Shown here: one piece after another, positions 50,515 to 63,834 of the stretch
Position numbering within the stretch: the stretch's first letter is position 1
How the letters are laid out: every line of letters begins with the position of its first letter
NCBI GenBank assembly: GCA_964016885.1
Contig: OZ024745.1
Location: 93,868,001 to 93,932,000, forward strand
Source of the DNA: Eledone cirrhosa
Lineage: Eukaryota
Direction: 5' to 3'
Length of the DNA: 64,000 nt
Notes under the pieces: model-generated
The model's database searches: none
What the model was told of the DNA's origin: nothing
Seen by the model: only the letters and a program-made list of their open reading frames with translations
Position numbers and translations under genes: made by a program

Positions 50515-51469
50515 ATGGTTAACTGAATAAAATGAAGATGACAGACCAGAGGCTACAGAATGAAACAATATAGGGTTGGAGAGGATTCTCTCATTTGGTG
50601 TAGTTACATTTACTTAGGCACCACTTTTAAGAGTTTAAGTTATTTAACCCTTTAGTATTTACATTATATATACAATTATATTTTCATGGTAAAGGCTTTA
50701 CCTCACATAATTATCTCACATAATATCGAATCTATGAGATTTTGATATTATTTATTTTGAGAACAATGCCTTAACATCAGTATCAACGGCTGGTTACAGC
50801 CAGTTTGAATAGAAAGAGGTGAGAGGACTCTGGCCGGATACTACCAATGTTTATTAAGATGGTTGCCATAGGAAGTGAAGGGGCCTACCTTTGCATCTTC
50901 AAACATGTTTGAAATGGATCTCTCTGTAACAGATATTCCTCTCATTTATTTCAACCAAAGAATATAGCATTTCTCAAACACTCAATCATAGCAGCCAAAA
51001 ACACACGCATGCCACATGCAATACCCCCTTTAGACAGAAGAGTATCCCAAAAAGTTTGCGATCTTGCCATGTAACATCACTAGTCCCTCACTTCCGGCAA
51101 GATTTGCCCTGCACTTCTAGCATCCTCCCCTCACAATGGTAAACTGAATAAAATGGTGACAAACCAGAAGCTATATAGAATGAGACAATATAACGTTAGA
51201 GAGAACTCTCTAGTTTGGAGTAGTTACATTTACTTGGACAACACTTAAGAGTTTAACATTTACATTACTCTATATTTACTATTGTATATCTGTGGTAAAG
51301 GCGTTATTTCACATAATTTCTCACATAATATCGAATATATGAGAATTTGATATTATTCATTTTGAGAACAATACCTTAATATAAGTATGAGTGGCCAGTT
51401 ATAGGTGGTTTGAGCAGAAAAAGGTGAGAGAATTCTGACTGGATATGGCCGTAAATGCTAAAGGGTTAA
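50515..51469. repeat. Local duplication: a segment of about 125 bp plus a piggyBac-like MITE, present twice (50515-50841, 51137-51469)
   Basis: atggt.aactgaataaaat...gtagttacatttactt..g.ca.cact..taagagtttaa immediately followed by the MITE in both copies. Confidence 0.7.
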
Positions 51470-51554
51470 TTGTTTATATTGATCTTATGTATCTTAGTCT
51501 GATACTTATTTTATACATCTCAATGTTTTTAGTGGATTACTAAGATATCTCTGG

Positions 51555-54500
51555 ACATAAGACTCCACACTGTTTTACACTGACATACACACACATAAGT
51601 CCACACTGTTTTACACTGACATACACACACACACACACACATAAGAGTCCACACTGTTTTACACTGACATACACACACACACACATAAGTCCACACTGTT
51701 TTACACTGACATACACACACACACACATAAGAGTCCACACTATTTTACACTGACATACACACACACACACATAAGTCCACACTGTTTTACACTGACATAC
51801 ACACACACACACATAAGGGTCCACACTGTTTTACACTGACATACACACACATAAGTCCACACTGTTTTACACTGACATACACACACACACACATAAGAGT
51901 CCACACTGTTTTACACTGACATACACACACACACATAAGTCCACACTGTTTTACACTGATACACACATACACATAAGAGTCCACACTGTTTTACACTGAC
52001 ATACACACACACACATAAGAGTCCACACTGTTTTACACTGACATACACACACACACATAAGAGTCCACACTGTTTTACACTGACATACACACACACACAC
52101 ATAAGTCCACACTGTTTTACACTGATACACACATACACATAAGAGTCCACACTGTTTTACACTGACATACACACACACACATAAGAGTCCACACTGTTTT
52201 ACACTGACATACACACACACACACATAAGAGTTCACACTGTTTTACACTGACATACACACACACACACATAAGAGTCCACACTGTTTTACACTGACACAC
52301 ACACACACACACATAAGAGTTCACAATGTTTTACACTGACATACACATATATACACACACATAAGAGTCCACACTGTTTTACACTGACATACACACACAC
52401 ACACATAAGAGTTCACAATGTTTTACACTGACATACACATACACACACACACATAAGAGTTCACACTGTTTTACACTGATACACACATACACATAAGAGT
52501 CCACACTGTTTTACACTGACATACACACACACACATAAGAGTCCACACTGTTTTACACTGACATACACACACACACATAAGAGTCCACACTGTTTTACAC
52601 TGACCTACACACACACGCACATAAGATTCCACTCTGTTTTACACTGACATACACACACACACATAAGAGTCCACACTGTTTTACACTGACATACACACAC
52701 ACACATAAGAGTCCACACTGTTTTACACTGACATACACACACACGCACATAAGATTCCACACTGTTTTACACTGACATACACACACACACACATAAGAGT
52801 TCACACTGTTTTACACTGACATACACACACACACACATAAGAGTCCACACTGTTTTACACTGACATACACACACACGCACATAAGAGTCCACACTGTTTT
52901 ATACTGACATACACACACACACACATAAGAGTCCACACTGTTTTACACTGACATACACACATACACATAAGAGTCCACAATGTTTTACACTGACATACAC
53001 ACACACACATAAGAGTCCACACTGTTTTACACTGACATACACACACACACACATAAGAGTCCACACTGTTTTACACTGACACACACACACATAAGAGTCC
53101 ACACTGTTTTACACTGACATACACACACACACACACAAGAGTCCACACTGTTTTACACTGACACACACACACATAAGAGTCCACACTGTTTTACACTGAC
53201 ATACACACACACACATAAGAGTCCACACTGTTTTACACTGACATACACACACACACACAAGAGTCCACACTGTTTTACACTGACATACACACACACACAA
53301 GAGTCCACACTATTTTACACTGACATACACACACACACAAGAGTCCACACTGTTTTACACTGACATACACACACACACATAAGAGTCCACACTGTTTTAC
53401 ACTGACATACACACACACACACAAGAGTCCACACTGTTTTACACTGACATACACACACACATATAAGAGTCCACCCTGTTTTACACTGACATACACACAC
53501 ACACAAGAGTCCACACTGTTTTACACTGATACACACATACACACATAAGAGTTCACACTGTTTTACACTGACATACACACATACACACATAAGAGTTCAC
53601 AATGTTTTATACTGACACACACATATATACACACACATAAGAGTCCACACTGTTTTACACTGACATACACACACACACACACACAAGAGTCCACACTGTT
53701 TTACACTGACATACACACACACACAAGAGTCCACACTGTTTTACACTGACATACACACATACACACATAAGAGTTCACAATGTTTTATACTGACACACAC
53801 ATATATACACACACATAAGAGTCCACACTGTTTTACACTGACATACACACACACACACACACAAGAGTCCACACTGTTTTACACTGACATACACACACAC
53901 ACACACAAGAGTCCACACTGTTTTACACTGACATACACACACACACAAGAGTCCACACTGTTTTACACTGACATACACACACACACATAAGAGTCCACAC
54001 TGTTTTACACTGACATACACACACACACACACACAAGAGTCCACACTGTTTTACACTGACATACACACACACACACACAAGAGTCCACACTGTTTTACAC
54101 TGACATACACACACACACAAGAGTCCACACTGTTTTACACTGACATACACACATACACATATAAGAGTCCACACTGTTTTACACTGACATACACACACAC
54201 ACAAGAGTTCACACTGTTTTACACTGACATACACATATATACACACACATAAGAGTTCACAATGTTTTATACTGACACACACATATATACACACACATAA
54301 GAGTCCACACTGTTTTACACTAACATACACACACACACATAAGAGTTCATAATGTTTTATACTGACACACACATATATACACACACATAAGAGTCCACAC
54401 TGTTTTACACTGATACACACACATACATAAGAGTCCACACTGTTTAACACTGATACACACACATAAGAGTCCACACTGCTTTGTACAGATACACACACAC

Positions 54501-57500
54501 ACATAAGAGTCCACACTGTTTTATACTGATACACACACACACATAAGAGTTCACACTGCTTTACACTGATACACACACACACACAAAATAGTCCACACTG
54601 TTTTACACTGATACACACACACGCACATAATAATCCACACTGTTTTATACTGATACACACGCACACATAATAATCCACACTGTTTTATACTGATACACAC
54701 ACACACAAGAGTCCACACTGTTTTACATTGATACACACACACATAATAATCCACACTGTTTTATACTGATACACACACGCACACACATAAGAGCCCACAC
54801 TGTTTTACACTGATACACACACACACACACTTAAGGGCCCACACTGTTTTATACTGATACACACACACACATACGAGTCCACACTGTTTTATACTGATAC
54901 ACACGCACACACATAAGAGTCCACACTGTTATACACGGATACAGACACACACATAAGTCCACACTGTTTTATACTGATACACACACACACACATACGAGT
55001 CCACACTGTTTTACACTGATACACTCACACATTAGAGTACACACTGTTTTATACTGTTACATACATACATACATAAGAGTCCACACTGTTTTATACTGAT
55101 ACACACACATACACAGAAGTGTCCACACTTTTTTATATTGATACACATACATACACACATATGATTCCACATTATTTTATACTGATACACACACACATAA
55201 GAGTGTACACAGTTTTACACTGATATACACACATACATAAGAGTCCACACTGTTTGAAACTGATACACACACAAACATAATAGTCCACACTGTTTTACAC
55301 AGATACACACACACACACACATACACATAAGAGTCCACACTGTTTTACACAGATACACACACACACACATACACATAAGAGTACACACTGTTTTATACTG
55401 TTACACACACACATAAAGGTCCACACTGTTTTACACTGATACACACATACACATAAGAGTCCACGCTGTTTTACACTGATATACACACATAAGGGTCCAC
55501 ATGCTTTTATACTGATATATACACACACACACAAGAGTCCACACTGTTTTACACTGATACACACACATACATAAGCGTCCACACTGTTTTACACTGATAC
55601 ACACACAAATATACACATAAGAGTCAACACTGTTTTATACTGATACACACACATAAGAGTCCACACTGTTTTATACTGATACACACACAAGATTCCACAC
55701 TGTTTTACACAAATACACACACACGGACATACACATAAGAGTCCACACTGTTTTACACCTATACACACAAACACATAAGAGTCCACACTGTTTTACACTG
55801 ATACACACACACACACATAAGAGTCCACACTCTTATACACTAATACACACACACATAAGAGTTCACACAGTTTTACACTGATACACACACATACAGACAT
55901 AAGAGTCCACACTGTTTTATACTGATACACACACATACATAAGAGTCCACACTGTTTTATACTGATATACACACACACATAAGGGTCCACACTGTTTTAC
56001 ACTGATATACACACACACACATAAGAGTCCACACTGTTTTACACTGATACACACACACACATACACACACACAGACATAAGAGATCACACTGTTTTACAC
56101 TGATACACACACACACACATAAGAGTCCACACGGTTTTATACTGACACACACAAATAAGAGTCCACACTGTTTTACACTGATACACACACATACACATAA
56201 GAGTCCATATTGTTTTACACTGATACACACACACACACATAAGAGTCCACACTGTTTTACACTGATACACACACACACACATAAGAGTCCACACTGTTTT
56301 ACACTGATACACACACACACACACATAAGGGCCCACACTGTTTTATACTGATACACACACACACATACGAGTCCACACTGTTTTATACTGATACACACGC
56401 ACACACATAAGAGTCCACACTGTTATACACGGATACAGACACACACATAAGTCCACACTGTTTTATACTGATACACACACACACATACGAGTCCACACTG
56501 TTTTACACTGATACACTCACACATTAGAGTACACAATGTTTTATACTGATACACACACACACATAAGAGACCACACTGTTTTACACTGATACACACACAT
56601 AAGTGTCCACACTGTTTTACACTGATACATACACACATAAGTGTCCATAATATTTTACACTGACACCCACACACACAGAAGTGTCCACACTACTTTATAC
56701 TGATACACAAACACGCACACACAAGAGTCCACACTGTTGTACACTGATACACACACATAAGAGTCCAGACTGTTTTACACTGATACACACACATAAGAGT
56801 CCAGACTGTTTTACACTGATACACACACACACACACACATGAGATTCCACACTGTTTTACACTGACACACACGTAAGTGTCCACTCTGTTTTACACTGAC
56901 ACACACGTAAGTGTCCACACTGTTTTACACTGATACACATACATATGTTTTATCGTGATACACACACACACACACACACACATAAAAGTCAACACTGATA
57001 TACACTGATACACACACACATAAGAGTCCAGACTGTTTTATATTGATACACACAAATACACATAAGAGTCCACACTGTTTTATATTGATACATACACACA
57101 CACATAAGAGTCCACACTGTTTTATACTGATACACACACACATACATAATAATCCACACTGTTTTATACTGATACACACACACACATAAGAGTCCACACT
57201 GTTTTATACTGATACACACACACATACATAATAATCCACACTGTTTTATACTGATACATACACACACACATAAGAGTCCACACTGTTTTATACTGATACA
57301 CACACACATACATAATAATCCACACTGTTTTATACTGATACACACACACATAAGAGTCCACACTGTTTTATACTGATACACACACACATACATAATAATC
57401 CACACTGCTTTACACTGATACACAAACACACACACATAAGTCCACATTGTTTTACACTGATACACACACACACATAAGAGTCCACACTGTTTTAGACTGA

Positions 57501-57965
57501 TATATACACATACATAAGAGTCCATGCTGTTTTACACTGATACACACACACACACACATAAGAGTCCACACTGTTTTACACTGATACACACACACACACA
57601 TGAGAGTCCACACTGTTTTACACTGATACACACACACACACATAAGAGTCCACACTGTTTTACACTGATACATACACACACACATAAGATTCCACACTTT
57701 TTTATCCTGATATATACACACACACATAAAAGTCCACACTGTTTTATACTGATACACACACCCACTTATGAATCCACACTGCTTTATACTGATACACACA
57801 CATACACACATAAGTGCCCACACTGTTTTACACTGATACACAGACATACATAAGAGTCCACACTGTTTTATAGTGATACACACACATACATAAGAGGCCA
57901 CACTGTTTCATAAGAGTCCAAACTGTTTTATACTGACACACACACACATAGAAGCACACACTGTT
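51555..57965. repeat. CA-rich satellite, about 6.4 kb, unit about 40-46 bp with a variable (CA)n tract
   Basis: taagagtccacactgttttacactga(ca)ta(ca)n repeated about 150 times. It explains the CVCV-rich spurious ORFs. Confidence 0.98.
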
Positions 57966-58221
57966 TTAAACTGATACCCACATACACATATATATACACA
58001 ATACACACACAGAAACACACATACATATACATACACATGCATACAACACAGACACATATATACACACGCATATCTAATGTGGGCAGCTCTGTTCACTTTT
58101 TTCCATCACCAAGGCTACTTTAGCCAATTTAATCAACACTTATTTATTGTCTATCTGTAACGTGGCTGATTTTCAAAAAGGCAAACATATTTTCAAATGT
58201 AGCCTATGCTTTGTAAATCAA

Positions 58222-58257
<36 letters not shown>

Positions 58258-58407
58258 TGATAGAACACTGGAAGGTAATATCCGTAGTGGTAGAGCACTC
58301 AGTCGAAGGGACTTGGTATGGTGAACTAACTGTTGTGTAACCACTTCTATATATATATATATATATATATGCTATTAGGATTGGTGCTCTGAAATAGCGA
58401 TGTATGC

Positions 58408-58685
58408 ATGAATGTATGTATAGTATATTTGGCAATATACCGTATGCTTAATTAAAAACATTTTGAAGACCTTGCGTTATCATTTTTAAAGTAGTGACTA
58501 TGTCACTTACTTCTCTTTTTTCGGCAGCGGAGAGTACATTGCTCTGATGATCACCAACAGTGTGAAACAGGCTCTGTTAGCGTCTCTCCCTTCTTTTGCC
58601 GAAAAAAGAGAAGTAAGTGACAAGGTCACTACTTTAAAAATGATAACGCAAGGTCTTTTGCCAAATATACTATACATACATTCAT
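58408..58685. repeat. Long foldback (arms of about 90 bp, 30-bp insertion in the left arm) near TA microsatellites
   Basis: atgaatgtatgtatagtatatttggcaa..aagaccttgcgttatcatttttaaagtagtgac..tgtcacttacttctcttttttcggca versus its reverse complement at 58597-58685. Confidence 0.92.
58541..58581 (+). ncRNA. Type I hammerhead ribozyme candidate
   Basis: GCT-CTGATGA-t-CAC-caaca-GTG-t-GAA-ACAG-gct-CTGT-T|AGC. All invariant core nucleotides are present and stems I-III pair. Predicted cleavage after GUU at 58578. The 10.1/11.1 pair is a U-U mismatch. Confidence 0.7.
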
Positions 58686-58706
58686 AAATATATATATATA
58701 TATATA

Positions 58707-58925
58707 TACGAGGGAGTGCTAAAAAGTTCCTGGCTTTAAGGGTATTTAAGAGGCCTGGGTGGAGGCCCAACGTTCCAAGTTCTCTTTACAGTGCTTAGAA
58801 AAACTGAAGGACTGCTATGATGTGTGAATCTGAGAGGGGAATATGTTAAATAAAATCATAATTAACTGATCCTCCTGTATTTTCTTTTACCTAAAGCAGG
58901 GAACTTTTCAGCACCCCCTCATGTA
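58707..58925. mobile_element. Mariner-type MITE (about 220 bp)
   Basis: TA-cgagggagtgctaaaaagttcctggcttta ... taaagcagggaacttttcagcaccccctcatg-TA. Confidence 0.8.
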
Positions 58926-58931
58926 TGTATG

Positions 58932-60982
58932 CATCATCAACATCATCATCGTCGTTTAACGTCTATCTTCCACACTAGCATGGGTTTAGACGGGAATTGT
59001 CCCACTTGAGGCAAGATTGGTTGTCTTGCTCATATAGGACTGTCTGGTGGGTCTTCTATGGCTGGATGCCCTTCCTAACACCAACCACGTTTACAGTGTG
59101 CCAAAGATCTCAGTCCAGTGACATTGTCTTGGAGAGGTGTAAGTGTGTAAGGTCGGAATTTATCAAATCGTCCCAGGTTTTTCTGGGTCTACCTACCCCG
59201 TAGCTTCCGTCTATTTTAATCGCCCTGCACTTTTTTATACAGCTGTCATCTTTCATGCGCATCACGTGACCATACCAACGTAGTCTTCTCTCGAGTAAAG
59301 TGCATCTGATCCCTCTTATTCCTAATTTCTCCCTTAGTTCATATATGCTTTGCCTTTCAAGTATATTACTATTACACATCCAATGGAGCATGCAAGCTTT
59401 GTTCCTCTCCAGTCTGCGCAGATCCTCTGCACACAATACCCATGTCTCACTGCCATGTAACATTGCTGTTCGTATGCAGGCATCATACAACCTGCCTTTC
59501 ATTTTTAGGGAGAACCCTTTAGCGGCCAATAGTGGTATAAGCTCTCTGAACTTTTTCCATCCCGTTCTGACTCTAGCTACTGTACTTTCAGAGCACCCAC
59601 CACCACTGCTGATTTTGTCACCCAGGTAACGGAAGGTGTCTACTATTTCTATAGAACCATCTGGGCAATGGATGGAGCTAGTATTCTGTGGGCACTTGCT
59701 ACTACTTATTGCACCTGAGCACCGGCCACATATAAAATCTATGTTCTTGGTTAGTTTACCTGTGATCCCACTACATCTTTTATGCACCCATACTTTGCAT
59801 TTGGGACATAAAATGGAGTTTCTGCCTACTCCTTTCCTACACACTGAGCATGGCCATTTCCCAGAGGGGACCAGTGCCCTATTTTCCTTCCTACATACTA
59901 GAACTTTAGTCTTAGACAAGTTAATTTTAAGGCCTTTTGATTCTAGGCCATGCTTCCAAGTTTGGAATTTCTTCTCTAGTTCAGCCATTGATTCAGCCAT
60001 GAGCATTAGATCATCTGTGTATAGGAGTTCCCATGGGCAGCCGGTCTTGAACTCCTCTGTTATAGCCTGAAGGGGAATAATAAATAGGAGGGAGCTAAGG
60101 ACAGAGCTCTGATGAACACCGACTTTTACGCTAAATTCTTCACTATATTCATTGTTAATTCTAACCTTTCTGACTGTTTCTTTATACATGGCTTGTATAG
60201 CTCTCACGAGCCATTCATCAATACCTAGTTTTCTAAGAGCCCACCAGATAATGGAGCGGGGGACTCTGTCAAAGGCTTTCTCCAAGTCAATAAAAGCTAA
60301 ATATAGGGGTTTACCTTTAGCTAGGTACTTCTCCTGTAGTTGTCATACAATGAAAAGAGCGTCTGTTGTACTTTTTCCTGACACAAACCCAAACTGCATT
60401 TCATCTAGATCAATTCGCTCTCTAATTAGTTGCGCTATAACTTTTTCTGTGACCTTCATGACTCGGTCAATTAATTTAAGGCCTCTATAATTTCCCCTGT
60501 CTAAGGCATCTCCTTTACCCTTGTAGCAGTTAATGATGGTGCTGCTACGCCAGTAATTTGGTATAACCCCATTCTGTATGACTTGGTTTACTATCCGGGA
60601 GACCATAGTGTGTCCCACCAATCCAGATGCTTTCAGCAACTATCTCCGAAGGCCCAGCTGCTTTGCCTATCTTCATATCTTTGATTGCCTTACTTATTAT
60701 ACTACCTGCAACTTGCACTGCTGGTCCCTCTATTGGATCGATTTGGGGCAGATTATCTTTTTCCCACTTATTTTCCTCATTTAGTGACACTTCCAAGCTA
60801 CCTTCTTATCAGTATCAGTGACGGCAAGTATACCATCATCATTATGTACACACTTCTCCCCGACAATATCATGATTTTCCTTGACACATTGTCTAGCAAT
60901 CCTGAACACCTCACGTTTTTGGTCCTCGCATTGTAGAACATGCTTGAACTTTCTTTCCTCTGCTTCCCTTCTTGCAAGGTAC
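58932..60982 (-). pseudogene. RTE LINE, 5'-truncated (RT, PHD finger, C-terminus), 3' UTR partly deleted near 59100
   Basis: ORFs 60343-60639 and 59110-60285: YKGKGDALDRGNYRGLKL, QFGF, EKAFDRVPR, LLYTDDL, C4HC3 PHD, LHGSETW, RRLRWYGHV. (gat)n-like tail near 58932-58955. Confidence 0.95.
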
Positions 60983-61000
60983 AAGCATATATAATATATA

Positions 61001-61351
61001 TGGCACATGGCTTAGTGGTTAGAGCATTGGCCTTGCAATCGAAAGGTTGTGAGTTCAATTCTCAGACCGGGTGATGTGTTGTTTCCTTGAGCAAGACACT
61101 TTATTTCACATTGCTCCAGTTTACTCAGCTGTAGAAATGAGATGATAGGGACTGGGGTCCATATCATTCCACTGCAAAGTGGTCGTGCAGGTGACACGGC
61201 AAAAAAGTACCCAGCACTCACTGTAAATGAGGTTGGTGTTAGGAAGGGCATCCAGCTGTAGAAATCAAGCCAAAAATCAGTTCCCGTCCCACCCTTGCAA
61301 GCAGGGAAAAAGCGGACGTAAAATGAAATGATGATGATGATGATGATGATG
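61001..61351 (+). mobile_element. SINE family A full-length copy
   Basis: Near-identical to 22505-22845. Confidence 0.9.
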
Positions 61352-61353
61352 AA

Positions 61354-61640
61354 TTTGAGTATGTGTTGGTTAGTTACCGACACCTCAGTATGCAGGCTGG
61401 AGCACTCAATGAAGTGCGCAGATGGGTCTGTTTATATGCCAATAGTTCTTTGAGAAAACAACATTCTTCACAAGATCAAAATAACAGAGATAAACTTTGT
61501 TCCATCATTATGTTTTTTCTGTTTAAGTTCTAGCTATCTGATGAGGTCATAGCTGTTGAATAATGGTTATCACCGAAATATATATAACTGCGAATATGAA
61601 TAAACAAAGTTAATTTTAACCTGATGACTTACACTTTTTG
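61354..61640 (+). mobile_element. Second copy of the hammerhead-bearing short repeat
   Basis: ttgagtatgtgttgg...ggagcactcaatgaagt start. CTGATGA-ggtcatagctgtt-gaa-taatggttatcacc-GAAA-tatata-TA at 61538-61586. Followed by (TG)n. Confidence 0.7.
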
Positions 61641-61647
61641 TTTATAT

Positions 61648-61697
<50 letters not shown>

Positions 61698-62240
61698 TGC
61701 AACTCTGTCTTTTTTCTTTATATAAGTAGCCTGATTGAGAACTTTGGCTTATATTCACTGACTGAATTTCCTGCCAATGTGTTCCCTAACAATAGTCAGT
61801 TTTGACTGACTTCTTCTTTGGGAGCGGTCACTATAGGTCTAAAACAGTTACACTTGTGATGGCAGTGACTGGATTTATATCAATCATTTAAACAAATTTT
61901 CCTATTCATGTGAGGTGATCACTTGCTGAAGATGTGTTTTCCAACACCAAGTTATGTAGTGTCTGCAGATTACCTAACAACTGTGAATAGTGGTTGCAGT
62001 TGGAACTATTGTTGACAGACTGGAGCACAGATATACAAATATCATGTAGTCATTTATCTTACTGATTAAGGTATGTGTGCATTCTGAGTATTAGGTTTGT
62101 ATTTCTAACGTATGGTAGCGTGGAAGGACAGATGTAAAACGGTGATGGTGATGATGATGATGAAACCTTATTGAGTAAGTGAGTGATGACTGGAGCTGTA
62201 CTGATTCTCTTTGACTAGCTTCATAAACCATTATATATAT

Positions 62241-62587
62241 CATCATCATCATCATCATTTCATTTTACGTCGCTTTTTCCCTGCTTGCAAGGGTGGGACG
62301 GAAATTGATTCTGGCTTGATTTCTACAGCTGGATGCCCTTCCTAACACCAACCTCATTTACAGTGAGTGCTGGGTGCTTTTTTTGCCATGGCACCTCCAC
62401 GACCACTTTACAGTGGAATGATAGGGACCCCAGTCCTTATCATCTCATTTCTACAGCTGAGTAAACTGGAGCAATGTGAAATAAAGTGACTTACTCAAGG
62501 AAACAACACATCACCCGGTCTGGGAATTGAACTCACAACCTTTCGATTGCAAGGCCAATGCTCTAACCACTAAGCCATGTGCCTCCA
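62241..62587 (-). mobile_element. SINE family A full-length copy
   Basis: Reverse complement of 61001-61351. Confidence 0.9.
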
Positions 62588-62824
62588 TAAATAAATATAT
62601 TGTTACACTTTGGGAGGGTCATGCTGCCAATAAAAACACATGCACCTGTTGGTTTTCACTTCAATTTATTATAAATTTCCAGTTGGTTGGTTCGATAACC
62701 GGATGGTTGTTTATATATTGTCAAAGCTCTGTCATCACACATTCTGTGACCTCCTTTGTTCTGTCATACACCATCTTGTTTTTGTGTGTTGTGTGCTGTC
62801 TGCTTGGTTTGCACATGTGTTACA

Positions 62825-62847
62825 GGGAGAGAGACAGACAGATAGAC

Positions 62848-62892
<45 letters not shown>

Positions 62893-62925
62893 AGAGAGAG
62901 AGAGAGAGGGGGGGACAGAGATATA
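62825..62925. repeat. (GA)n microsatellite
   Basis: Direct reading. Confidence 0.95.
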
Positions 62926-63834
62926 GAAGTAACTGAAAAATACACTATTTTTTAAGTAGTAAAGTAGGTGGGGGGGGGGGGGCGCTTAACTACAAAACAT
63001 TTTTTCTTCCTTTCTGTATACATGCTTTTAACTAATAAAAACAACTTAGAAATGGTACTGTGACTTTGAAAACGACAGACAGAAAGACAGACAGACACAC
63101 TGATAGATTTGGTAGACATTATTATATAGATTATTTTTACAAGTTTAAATTCCTTTAAATAAAATTTAACTGCTATTGTATTGTTGATTTTATTTATTTT
63201 CAATTTCTGAATATTTTCAAATTTTGTTCCATTTTTATTTTCTATTTCCATCAGTGGATCAACATTGTCATCATCATCACCACCATCACCACCACCATCA
63301 TCACCATCATCATCATCGTCGTTGTTTTTTACATCCGCTTTGTTATTCCTGTAACCTTTTCTATGTTATCATTGAAAAAAAAGTGATGCCCTTTATTCAG
63401 GTCTTTTCATCAATGTTCATGTTTGGGATATCTAACATTAAACTTGAGTGCTTTTTCAATTTATTTCCCATTTTCAGCACTATTTATAAACACAATACAA
63501 TATCACTTAAACACAGTGTGATATCACTTAAATGTTATATAGTATTTATAGCATAGAATAGCCTTTAAATTCAATACAATTTATTGTCATTGTATATAAC
63601 TACAAGGAAACCCAAAATTGCTGCCCAAATTTCACAAAACAAAATAAAAACAAAAATATACAAATAATCATTAACTCTTAACAACCTGTCTACTGGAACC
63701 ATGAAGCAGACCGACTCTTAACTTTCATTTAGAGTGATGGCATGTGGAATAAATTTACTTAACCCTTTCATTTCTAATGACATACACTCTATTTTAGTTA
63801 ATTAATTTATATCTTCAGCTACCATGAGATACTA

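Noticed and set aside
51555-57965. CRISPR-like constant repeat and variable spacer pattern
   Set aside because: The spacers are only (CA)n length variants rather than unique sequences. Eukaryotic context and no cas genes.
51529-58096. Many Cys/Val-rich ORFs (CVCVYQCKTVW...)
   Set aside because: They are translations of the CA-rich satellite in several overlapping frames, with no evidence of coding.
61915-61965. CTGAAGA-t-gtgtt-ttcc-aacac hammerhead-like start
   Set aside because: Followed by CAAG instead of GAAA, with no convincing stems I or III.
63224-63556. Poly-His ORF
   Set aside because: It derives from a (CAT/CAC)n microsatellite of the RTE/SINE tail type.
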